DNA of 64,000 bases from Malacoraja senta. Taxonomy: Eukaryota. Made by a program: the position numbers and the translations under genes. A model generated the notes under the pieces. The model saw only the letters and a program-made list of their open reading frames with translations. It was not told where the DNA came from and did no database searches. How positions within the stretch are numbered: the first letter of the stretch is position 1; each line of letters begins with the position of its first letter. Below, in pieces: positions 1 through 11,638 of the stretch. Location: the NCBI GenBank assembly GCA_038087875.1, contig CM075993.1:10542001-10606000 (forward strand), written 5' to 3'.

Positions 1-274
1 TTTAATTTAGTTTTCTAAGTATTAGTATTTAAAATTTATTATTTTAATAAATTTTAGTATTTTAAAACAAGTACCAAGCATCATGAGAGGAATAAATCGG
101 GTAGATGCCCAGAGTAGGGGAATTGAGGACATGGGTTCAAGGTGAAGGGGAAAAGATTTAATAAGAATCTGAGGGGTAACTTTTTCACACAAAGGAGCAA
201 GCTGCCAGCGGAGGTAGTTGAGGCTGGGACTATCCCAATGTTTAAGAAGCAGTTAGACAGGTACATGGATAGAC

Positions 275-1625
275 AGTCTGGTGGACTTCATCAACTTCAC
301 CACCAACTTCCATCCTGCATTCATATTTACTTGGACCATCTCCGACACCTCCTTCCCCTTTCTTGATCTCACAGTCTCCATCACAAAATAAACTATTGAC
401 TGACGTCTATTACAAACCCACTGACTCCCACAACTATCTCAACTACACTTCTTCCCACCCTGCTTCCTGCAAAGACTCTATCCCCTACTCCCAATTCCTC
501 CTTCCACGCCGCATCTGTGCCCAAGATGAGGGGTTCCATACCAGAACATCCAAGATGTCCTCATTCTTTAGGGAACGGGGGTTCCCCTTTCCTATCATAA
601 ATGAGGCCCTCACTCGTGTCTCCTCGGTACCCTGCAGCTCCGCCCTTGCTCCCCCTGCCCCTAGCTGCAACAGTCTCCCTAGTCCTTACCTTCCACCCCA
701 TCAGCCATCACATACAACAAATAATCCTCTGAAATTTCCACCACCTCCAACAGGATCCCACCACTTGTCACATTTTCCCATCTCCACCCCTTTCTGCCTT
801 CCGCAAAGACCGTTCCCTCCGCAACTCCCTGGTTAACTCATCCCTTCCCACCCAAACCACCCCCTCCCCTGGTACCTTCCCCTACAACTGCAGGAGATGC
901 AACACCTGTCGCTATAGCTCATCCCTCGACTGACCAGGGACTCCGACAGTCCTTTCAGGTTGGGCAGAGATTCACTTGCACCACCTCCATCTACTGTATC
1001 CATTGTTCAAGATGTGGACTCTTATACATCGGCGAGGCCAAACGCAGACTGGGCGATCGTTTCGCGGAACACCTTCGCACAGCCCGCCTGAACCAACCTG
1101 ATCTCCCGGTTGCTGGACACTTTAATTCTCCTTCCCATTCCTACACAGACCTTTCTGTCCTAGGTCTCCTCCATGTTCATTCCTTCTCTCCAGAGATGCT
1201 GCCTGTCCCGCTGAGTTACTCCAGCTTTTTGGGTCTATCTTTAGTTTAGTGAGGCTAAACGCAAATTGGAGGAACAGCATCTCATATATTGCTTGGGCAG
1301 CTTACAGCCCAGTGGTATGAATATTGATTTCTCTCTTTTCAGGTAGCCCCGGCATTCCCTCTCTCTCTATCCCTCCCCCACCCAAGTCACAATAGCTTCT
1401 CATTTTCACCCTACAAACAGTTTACAATGGCCTGTTTCCTTTATCATCATTACTTTTTTGCATATCTTTTATTCATTGTTCTTTATCTCTCCACATCACC
1501 GTCTATATCTCTCGTTTACCTTATCCCTAACCAGTCTTAAGAAGCGTCTTGACCCGAAACGTGACCCATTCCTTCTCTCCAGAGATGCTGCCTGTCCTGC
1601 TGAGTTATCCCAGCTTTTTGTGTCT
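275..1625 (+). mobile_element. Penelope-like retroelement, decayed RT end + GIY-YIG endonuclease + pLTR
   Basis: TDVYYKPTDSHNYLNYTSSHP..SIPYSQFL (PLE RT C-terminus); IYCIHCSRCGLLYIGEAKRRLGDRFAEH (GIY-YIG) near 990-1075. Confidence 0.85.
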
Positions 1626-1854
1626 ACATGTATAGACAGTTTTGGAAGGATATGGGCTAAACGACGGGAAGGTGGGACTAGTGTTGCTGGGATGTTGGCC
1701 GATGTGGGCAGGTTGAGCCGATGGGCCTGTTTCCACACTGTATCACTCTGTGACTCTATGCCTCTTAAGTTTCTAGTGTAATAAATAACATTTGAAATTA
1801 CAGTTGGACTATAAAATCAATTAATTTTAATTAATTAATTAGGTGCCCCCTACT

Positions 1855-2130
1855 CCATCATCTTTAGTGTCCACCGCCTCCAACCTTATCGTTCCCCAGT
1901 CCCGCATGGTATTTTACTTTCTACCCAAAATCCATAACCAGAACAGCCTTGGCAGACCCATTATTTCTGCCTGCTCCTGTCCCACTGAACTCATTTCCCA
2001 GTACCTCGGCTCCATCCTATCTCCCCCCCCCCCCAATCCTATCCCTCTCGACCCTGGTCCAAGATGCCTCACACTTCCTTTGTCTCTTCAATTACTTCCG
2101 TTTTCCAGGCCCCCACTCCCTCATCTTTAC
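1855..2130 (+). mobile_element. Penelope-like RT fragment
   Basis: FYFLPKIH...GRPIISACSCPTELIS motif typical of the PLE RT N-terminus. Confidence 0.75.
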
Positions 2131-2288
2131 TATTCCTTCCTACACACTTAATTTTAATGTTGCCTGAAGATTCATTATTTTAGTTTAGTAATTGAGTTCT
2201 GGGTTACCATTAGTTGCAGTTTGATATTGATGTAGATTGATGTCTATAAACTTTTGATTTCTTAAATGACACTTTCCACTTTAAACAG

Positions 2289-2365
2289 GAGCTTGAAATG
2301 GGGATTGTTGACCTGCTGATTCCAACTCCAAATGTCACGGCTGAAGTAGGCTATAATAGAGACAG
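2289..2365 (+). CDS. HERC1: HERC1 E3 ligase, HECT-domain exon (5th from last)
   Basis: cag|GAG...GAC AG|gtaag; encodes ELEMGIVDLLIPTPNVTAEVGYNRD(R), matching vertebrate HERC1 HECT; 77 bp, phase 0 to 2. Confidence 0.95.
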
Positions 2366-3244
2366 GTAAGAATATTTTGTTGCTAATTACTGATATGCAA
2401 GAAAATATTTTATTCTTTACGCTTCCCTTTTAATGAATGAGCAAATAGTATGTTACCCATTACTCAGTGTAAACTAGAGAGAGGAAGGGGAGGGGGGGGC
2501 AAGATCCTCCAAACTCTTCAACAGAACGCGTAATTGTTCAGTCCTGAAGCACTTAACAGGTAGTGAGCAATAGTTCAGTCCTCGCGTTCAAATATAATGC
2601 TGGAGTCAAAACCTAAGCTAACGCTTGAACAAAACAAACTAAAACACTAGAAGAAGCGTGATTCACTGTTCTGCTGCACGGTGACTGGAGTGTCAACTGT
2701 GACAGAAGGAAGAGGTCTTGGAGCCTGCAGCTAAATGTCCTTACTCAGCAGTATCGCCACTTGACCACTTCACGTACAACAGTTGAAATGGAGGAAATGG
2801 CTACATCATTTCACAACCCTCCGCCAATGTGACCATAACTCTTTGAAATTTGGCTACACATTGGTCTTCATAAACCTTTGTTCAGAATGTATATGATCAG
2901 GAGTCTTGCTGATGCAGTAGCTTTATATTGGCAGGAGAGGCTTATTGTCCTTTTCATTAGGCTAGCCAGCTCAGTACCACACGAGACGCCTTTACATCAT
3001 CTTTTGGCAGATCACAGAAGCATTTCTTGCAGCTTGTGTTGGGTGTTCTTCTGCTGCTTCAGGTCACAGAGGAGCTCAACATGGAACTTTCAGTACTTGA
3101 GTTGCAATGGCTGTCGCCTGTCGTGGATGGGATTTTCAATTTGTATTCTCAAATATGGGAAATCTGATCTCTCATCTTGCCACCAGAGCAACCTGTGGAA
3201 GAGATGGCTTAGTCCCACCAGATGTGCAACGTTATGTTATACTA

Positions 3245-3545
3245 GAGCACGGTGCCACAGCGGTAGAGTTGCTGCATTACAGCGCCAGAGACCCGGGTTC
3301 CATCCCAACTACGGGTGCTGTCTATCCAGAGTTTGTACGTTCTCCCCGTAACTGTGGGTTTTCTCCAAGATCTTCGGTTTCCTCCCACTCCCAAGACGTA
3401 CAGGGTTTTAGATTAATTGGCTTGGTATAAATGTAAATTGTCCCTCGTGTGTGTAGGATAGTGTTAATATGTAGGGTTTGATGGTCGGCGCGGACTCGGT
3501 GGGCCAAAGGGCCACTTTCTGCTCTGTATCTCTAAAGTAAACTAA
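3245..3545 (+). mobile_element. tRNA-derived SINE, representative of >10 copies (e.g. ~4480-4755, 10673-10945, 31690-31941, 49490-49810, 58490-58790, 61840-62120)
   Basis: Pol III A/B-box-like GGTGCCACAGCGG...GGTTCCATCCC, shared core GAGTTTGTACGTTCTCCCCGT, CTAAA tail. Confidence 0.8.
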
Positions 3546-6346
3546 AGAGCAAAAGGAGATTTTGAAGGTTGTGATGGCTAAAAATGCTCATTAGTACCAC
3601 TGGGAAAACTATCTAGCAGAGGCTGCCGCCGTTATCTGACAGGGTTTAGATGATAGACATGTTCTACTCGCTACATCAGTGCCAAGAATAACATAGGCTT
3701 ACACTGATAGCTGATCAAAAGGACAAATAAATCCCCATCAAAGAATTCCTCCATGCTGCTGAAGCTGCACCAGTTCCTCAGACAGAAGGCCTGGATAGAG
3801 TGGATGTGGATAGAATGTTACCACTAGTGGGAGAGTCTCGGACCAGACGCCATAGCATCAGGATAAAAGGATGTAACTTTACAAAGGAGATGTGAAGGAA
3901 TTTCTTTAGTCACAGGATGGTGAATCTGTGGAATTCCTTGCCACAGACGGCTGTGGTGGCCAAGTCAATGGACATTTTTAAGGCGGAGATTGACAGATTC
4001 TTGATTAGTAAATGTGTCAGGGGTTATGGGAAGAATGCATGAGAATGGAGTTGAGAGGGAAAGGTAAATCAGCCAGAGTAGACTTGATGGACTGAATGGC
4101 CTAATTCTGCTCCTAGAACCTATGAACTTTGAAAAGCAAAAACCTGCGGATATTATGAATTTGAAAATTGTGGAAATATAAACAGATTTGGCAGCGCTGT
4201 GGCTTATATGTAGAGCCACTGCTTCACAGCACCAGGAAATCAAATTCAATTCTGCTGTCTGTGTGGAGTTTGCATGTTTTCCCTGTGGCCATGTACGTGA
4301 GTTTCCTCCACATCCAGTTTGCTCCCACATCCCAGAGTGTGCAGGCTGGTCATTAAATTGCCTGTAGTGTGTAGGTGAATGATAGTATCTGCGGGGAGCT
4401 GAGAAGAATGTAGGGAGAATAAATGAAGGGATCATTGGATTAGTGTATACAGGTACCTGATGGTCAACACCTTATGGGAGGCATGGTGGCGCAGCAGTAG
4501 AGTTGCTGCCTTACAGGGTTTGATTCTGACTACGGCTGCTGTCTGTATGGAGTTTGTACGTTCTTCCCCTGACCGTGTGGGTTTTCTCCGAGATCAGTTT
4601 CCTCCCACATTCCAAAGATGTTCTGATTTGTAGGTTAATTGCCTTAGTAAATGTAAAAATTGTCCCTTGTGTGTGTAGGATAGTGTTGATATGTGGGGAT
4701 CGCTGGTCGGCGCTGACTCGATGGGCCTTAGGGCCTGTATCTCTAAACTAAACTAAACCTGGTCAGAGCCCCAAAGGACCTGTTTCTGTGCTCTACATCT
4801 CTGCAGCTATGTCAGGCAGCATCTGGATTAATGTATCAGATTAATAACCTTTCATTAGAGAGATGCTATTTACAGTTGCTAAGAAAGATGAACTTGTGAA
4901 TAATCTTTCCCTCCTGTACGCCAAGTTCTCCTGTATTACTATCGTCATGAAAAGTCTGGGTTTCTTCAGTGGGCAGACTCAACAACATTCCACTAGCAAC
5001 AGTGACACAGCGTTCTACCTTGGGGCAATTGTAATGTCAGCATCTCTCCCAATGAAGAATATAAACATGCATTGGTTAGACAGGCTTAACTTTGGTTGAT
5101 TTAATAATGCTACTGTAAATCAGGCTTGCAAGAAACTTGCCCTTGCAACTTAAGATGCTGATCTGTAAGTTCTCCATTTTTCGAATACCAATGTGTGGCA
5201 ATGAAACACAGATTACATACAGCTGCCAAGGGAGCAGCCTCAACAACCTTCCCCTTCAACCTACTCCTACATCGTATTCTTAGTCTCTTGTGGAACAGAG
5301 GTACCTCCTTCATATTCTCTCAGGAGCAATGATGCCAAACATCCCAGCATTCGCCATGCAAAGAGGACTTTACTGCCTCTGCATGGGTGCAAACTGTATA
5401 GTCACATCCACATGGGTCTATTGTATAGTGGGTGGCCTAAGCCAAGAAGGGAACCCTAGTTCTGCTTAAAGGGTGTTCACAAAGTGGGTACAAAACCTTC
5501 GATGTTAACTGATGTTAAAAAGGGTGATGAGGGGTGATGTTAAAAAGGTCTATAAAACCCCAAGGGGAATAGACAGGATAAATGTGCGTTGCCTTTTACC
5601 CAGGGTAGAGGATTCACGAACTAGAAGGATAGGCCTAGTATGGACCTGAGGGATAACTTTTTCCATACAATGAGTGGTGCGTATATTGAATGAGCTACCA
5701 GAGAAAGTAGTTGAGGGAAAACAGTGACATTTAAAAAGAAAACGTGGACAGATACATGAATCGGAAAGGTTTAGAGAGTAATGGGCTAGACGCAGGTGTA
5801 TGGGACTAACTTAGATGGACCATCTTGGTCGGCATAGACGAGTTTGGCCGAAGGGCTTGTTCCTGTGTTCTATGAGTCCATGACTTTAATTATAATGTGG
5901 AAAGCTGATGAGTTGGCAACGTGGGCTATGGGTAAGAATGCGCTGCCCTGGTATCAGTAGTTGCTCCATAAGGAATGGCGCTGAACTACAAAGCTGTCTG
6001 GCATCATTAATGAGTGGCATTGTCTGTTGTGGGACAGGCTCTGTCTTTCCAGAATGTGATTTCTTTTGTCATCAATAGAATTGCGGGACTAGCCATGGCT
6101 CGCTAGAGTTTCACATTTGCATAACGCATCTTGCATCAATGAAAGGACACCAGCTATCTGATCAGGAACTTTCCTGAATAGGTTTTTAGAATCAACCTTA
6201 GGATTTGTCCAAATGACGTTGGTCAAATGACTTAACTTGCCGTTACATAGATGCAAGCTCGACCAGCAAGCCCACCCTCTTAATTGTCAATTAATGGAGA
6301 CAAGCTTTATTGTTCACCCATTTTAAAAATCTATGTCTTCCTTCAG

Positions 6347-6599
6347 GTTCCTTCTTAACCCTTCGACTTGTTCAGAAGAGCACCTGCTGCAGTTCAAGTT
6401 TCTGGGCATTCTTATGGGTGTTGCCATCCGCACAAAGAAACCACTGGATCTCCACTTGGCCCCGCTGGTATGGAAGCAGCTTTGCTGTATTCCACTCTCG
6501 TTAGAAGATCTTGAAGAGGTGGATTTGCTCTATGTACAAACTCTGAACAGCATTCTTCACATTGAAGATAGCGGAATTACTGAGGAGAATTTCCATGAG
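6347..6599 (+). CDS. HERC1: HERC1 HECT-domain exon (4th from last)
   Basis: ttcag|G TTC CTT CTT AAC...CAT GAG|gttagt; FLLNPSTCSEEHLLQFKFLGILMGVAIRTKKPLDLHLAP...ENFHE; phase continues from previous exon. Confidence 0.97.
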
Positions 6600-6958
6600 G
6601 TTAGTATAAATGCCACATAAAGTTCCCACAGCCTTGTTCCTGATGGAATTATGATTGTCAGAACCTTTTTCATTATTTGCCTCGTATCAAATACAAATCA
6701 CCTTTCCAAGTTTAGAATGGGAAAATGGTCTAATGCAAACAGGCATTGTACATATTGAGGTAAGGAGAAATGCGGAGATTGTTCAGGTAATGACGTAAAA
6801 TCTACAAGCGCAGACAATTGGTTTGGATATGCTACTGTTTTACTAGACAATGCTGCCAGAAATGACAATGACCAGGAACATCAATTGTGTTCTTGCCCTG
6901 TTAGCAGAAAACTGGCTTAAGTTGCCACATGCAAAGGAATAGCCCTTTCATATGTTAA

Positions 6959-7573
6959 CTAGACCAAGTGGGACCCGTTGGGTCCCTGTCACACGGGAGG
7001 CCTGGTCCCCCAACACAACTTGTTCCCCAGCGCAACAGTCCGCCACTCACCCATAGCCCCCACGGGAGGCCTGGTCCCCCAATGCAACCTGTTCCCCAAA
7101 GCAATATTCCACAACTCATCCATTTCCCCAATGCAACCCGTTCCCGTAACGCAATATTCCACCACTCACCCATAGCCCCCAACTGCGCAGGGACTGCTCA
7201 TATCGCCTTATTCACCCTCCCTCATTTTTTAACTTTAAAAAAATGTAATTGTACTTGCTGGGGCCAGTAGGGCTACTTGGATAGCAACAATGTTGCGAGT
7301 AGGGCCACAATCCCATTGTGACGTCATAGCTGTAAGGACGGGGAAGACATTTTTCTCAAATTGAGGTTTTGTAAATCTAAACATGTCAATAACTTGTGAA
7401 ATATAACAATCTGAACGAAACTTGACACAAACCACCACAGGACAATAGTGAGTAAGGTGGTGCAAATCTTTCAGCACTGTCGTGTACCGTTTTGGCGTAG
7501 TTCCGTGATCACAATTATAGACGGACACGCAGGTTTAGAAACAAGCAAGATGAGAGTTTTAGTAATATATAGA
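6959..7573 (-). mobile_element. Non-autonomous Helitron
   Basis: Minus strand starts A|TCTATATATTACTAAAA and ends GGGACCCaacGGGTCCC hairpin + ACTTGGT + CTAG|T (AT target, no TSD); internal ~60-bp tandem repeats. Confidence 0.85.
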
Positions 7574-10500
7574 TGCTGTCTTTTGTCTCTCCTCGTACAC
7601 AGCTTTCTTGTTATCTCCCAACCAACACAGATGTCATTTTAAATTTGTCTCAGTTGACTCCCAAACAAATGTTAATTCCGCTGATCAGTTGGTTCAGGAC
7701 TCTGTTGGATTTTCCCCACATGTAAAATGGCTGCGGTGAGCAAGGTTGGAAGTAGAAAGGGTGTTTCCAGTTGTGGGAGAATCTAGGATCAGAGGGCACA
7801 GCCTAAGGATAAAAGGAAGTACCTTTTAGAATGGAGATGAGGAGAAATTTATTTAGCCCAGTGTGGTGAATCTGTGGAATTTACTGGTGTGGAGGCCAAG
7901 ACATTCGGTGTTTTTAAAGCGAAAATTGATAGGTTCTTGATTATTAAGGCTGCTAAATATTATGGGGGGAAGGCAGGAGAATGGAGAGGTGGAAAAGAGC
8001 CATGATTGAATGGCAGCGCAGACTCAATGGGTCGAATGGCCCAACTCTTCTCCTATGTCTTATGATCTAAGGCTGGTGTCTACTCACGATGTTCTGTGAA
8101 TGATAGATGGAGTGCACAATGTCGTTTAGTTTTCGTCTGATCAGTCTGAAGAAGGGTTTCCGCCCGAAACGTTGCCTATTTCCTTCGCTCCATAGATGCT
8201 GCCGCACCCGCTGAGTTTCTCCAGCACTTTTGTCTTCCGTTGTTTAGTTTTCAATCTTCTCACTCGAGTACAAGTTCTTTGCTCTCAATTTCCATCCAAG
8301 CTCTGCCTCCTTCCAGTTTACTGTTCTCAAATCCCTCTGGCGTGGTTGCAGGTGTAATTGGGCAAGTTTTTCCGTGCTTTAATAATGTAAGCTGATGACT
8401 CCTGAGTCACATCAACCCTTTCTCATTGCTGATTTCAGGTAAGTGTCACATCAGAGATCCCTTCTTCATAGCAAATTGACCATGCATTTCTGCCCGTCAT
8501 TTGCCTCGCACATGCTAGTGCCCCAGAGTCTGCTGCGTGCCACCTGTTTCATGCCATCCTGGCATCTGAGTGATCCTCCGTACACACCAGGGAGATCTTT
8601 GCAAATCCCTTCTCCTTGTATCCATTTCTCAGGGATGGACAGGTTAGAAAGCCACATTTCCCTGTGAACTCTGTTTCTCTCACTACAGGAGACAGAGTTA
8701 CCAGAGAAACATCTACTGAGTATTTCCAATGGTTTCTTTATTCAACTGTTTCTTTATTACCACATGTACAGTGAAATACTTTTTTTGCATGCAGGTCAGC
8801 AAGACGGTGACAATACACAAGTACAATCCCCCCGTTCGTACAGAATATACAGAACTGCCCAGTGATTCTATTTGCGAGTGGCCATTTTGGGGCCATTTTA
8901 CAGTCTCAGCTGCAACTGGCCACAAAGGCCGGTTGCAGCCGTCGCCTCCATTTCGGCCGTCCCGCGAACCATCGTCCCTCTCCTTGCACGACCCTCTTCA
9001 GCCCTTGTTCCCGATGGGGTGCCTCCCGCAGCCGACCTTGAAAGCAAGGTCCAGGTTATTAAATAGATCAGTTAATTGTGCGGAAAAAAACTGCAGATGC
9101 TGGTTTAAATCGAAGATGGACATAACATGCTGGAGTAATTCAGCGGGACAGGCAGCATCTCTGGAGAGAAAGAATGGGTGACGTTTCAGGTCGAGACCTT
9201 CACACAAATTAGTTTATTGTCATGTACACCATGGTACAACAAAATCTCTTGTTCTCATGAAGCTTACAGAATAAACAGTATTGATAGATACAATAAATGC
9301 TAAACGGTGCCAAGACTGGTGAAATATAGTTTCTCTTAAACATGTCCATTGGCAAAGACACAGCATTCAGTATAGAATCAAAAAGTTGATCATTACCCAT
9401 TCTTGATCAATTTTGCGGACGTTATTTAGATTATTTTTGTGCATGCTGCCACACATCTTGCAGTTAGCCAGGTAATGATCATGGATTCTATATGTATTAT
9501 AATGTCCCAGCTGTTATAATTCAATTATCCTCAGTCACACAGTAAATGATAAATTTTGTTCTTCCAAGGAGCAATCTAAGAACCTGGTTGCCCTCTCGAG
9601 CATTTGAAATTAAAATATAAATAGAAAATGTTGGAAACATGGGGTAGCATCTGTGGAAAGAGAAAGAGTTAACATTTCAGGTTTAAGTCCCTTCAACAAA
9701 CTGGAAAAGAGAAAACAAGTTAGGTTTAAATTGCAGGGAGGATGGAGAAGGGTTGACCATGTCAATAGGAATATCTGGCTGAAGAGAGATGAGCACTGTC
9801 CTGGGGCTAAGTCACAGAGCACATCCGATTGATGGGTTAAAGGAGCAGTTGGAGAAAAACAATGAATAAAATCTGTAATAAAGTCAGTCAGAGGAAGGTA
9901 AAGGTTGCAAAATGCAGGGTTGTCATCCATGCCTGGAGGGTCAGTCTGGGGTAATGGAGAGATTAAAATTGTGCCCATAAACCAGCTGCAGATGTGGCCA
10001 CTTGTGGTACCGTGTGGAGAAACTAGGTTACATGAAATTGTAGCTTTCAATATTGACGGCCTACGAACAGAAGATGAGGTGCAGTCCCTCAAGGTTGTGA
10101 TGAGCCTTGTTATAGCAGTTCAGGAGGCCATAAGCTGACAGGATAGAGTGGGATGGAGAATTAAATTAAGTGTCAGACAATCTGAGCCACAACTCCAGAC
10201 TGAGTGGAGGTACTCTGCAGAATGAACCCCAATCTGTGTTTGACTTCCGTGTAGAGGAGACTTGCAGGCAGAGGAGATGTTTAATTTGCCACCTTGGTCA
10301 GCATGGGCATTGTGGGACAAAGGACCTTTTGCTTTGCTGTGCGGTATTGCAGTTTACTTTATTGTCACGTGTCCCGAGGTACCGTGAAAAGCTTGTTGTG
10401 TGCTATCCAGTCAGTGGAAAGACAATTGTTCTATGTTCAGTGAGACCACATTTTGAACACCAAATGCAGTAGTAAACAAATTGGAGGAGGTGCAAGTGAA

Positions 10501-11485
10501 ACACGTTTGGACTTTCTGTGTCCCGGGACCTGCGAAGGAGGAGAATACGAGCCTGGTGATAGAAAACTTGTTGATGCTAATGGAAACTGTAAAGATGATC
10601 CATTGAAGGCAGTGGCTGGTGGAGTGGGAGATAAGGACCAGGGGACACTATCTTTTGTTCAGGAGATCAAGGGAAGCACAGTGGTGCAACTGGAAGAGCC
10701 TCTGCCTCATGGCGCCAGAGACCCGGGTTTGATCCTGACGTCGGATGCTGTCTTTGTGGAGTTTGCACCTTCTCTGTGTGACCGTATGGGTTTCCTATGG
10801 ATGTTCCAATTTCCTCCCACATCCCAAAGACATCCATGTAGGTTAATTGGCCTTTGTACATTGCCCCCTAGTGTGCAGGGAGTGGAATAACATTGAACTA
10901 GTGTGAATGGCTGATCGATGGTTAGCGTGGACTTGTGCCATGATGTATATTGGGGGAAAAAAGAAAGAGATGAGAGCAGAGGGGCAGGAAATGAAGGAGA
11001 GATAATCAAGGTCTGTGTCACCTACAGTAGACTGCATTCCACTGTTCAGGAAGAAAGAACACATTTCAAAGGCACCTGTGTAGAAAATTCTATCAGCACA
11101 TTTTGGTCAAGTTTTGTCACAAACATCTCTGAATAAACACCATGTGGAGTGAAGGAGCAAAATGATTGAGGTTGAAGTTATGTATTTTTGCCCTTGACAT
11201 TCAATAAAATTGTCCTTGAAAACGTGACGATTCTCCCTTAAGAATGCAAGGGTATTCGAAAATATTCAAAGAACATAAACAACATTTTTAAGCAATATTA
11301 ACCCCTTGAACACAGTCTTTTCATTCCATGTAATGTTATAGCAGACTGAGCTTGGCTTTCTTTATATTTTTCCAAAATATTAAGAGCCGCGTTTGAATAA
11401 CTTGAAATCAGAACTCCGCTTGTTGCCTGCGTCGTGCCATATGTTCAGTCTGATTTGAGTATTGCTGCTCCCTTTTATGTTTCAG

Positions 11486-11638
11486 ATGATACCTCTTGAT
11501 TCATTTGTGGGGCAAAGTGCTGACGGCAAAATGGTTCCCATAATCCCAGGTGGAAACAGCATCCCGCTCACCTTTTCCAATCGGAAGGAGTATGTGGACA
11601 GGGCCGTCGAGTATCGGTTGCACGAAATTGATCGTCAA
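11486..11638 (+). CDS. HERC1: HERC1 HECT-domain exon (3rd from last)
   Basis: ttcag|ATG ATA CCT...CGT CAA|gtaagt; MIPLDSFVGQSADGKMVPIIPGG...RLHEIDRQ; 153 bp. Confidence 0.97.

Noticed and set aside
81..275. Numerous 60-110 aa ORFs such as MYLSNCFLN..., MLEKLSGC... and ...SRDAACPAELL
   Set aside because: Recurrent translations of CR1, SINE and Penelope repeat fragments, not genes
2700..3215. Minus-strand acceptor at ~3193 and 157-aa plus-strand ORF in a HERC1 intron
   Set aside because: No recognisable homology in any frame; multiple stops after the acceptor
3245..3320. tRNA-like A/B boxes
   Set aside because: SINE heads continuing into the SINE core; no full cloverleaf
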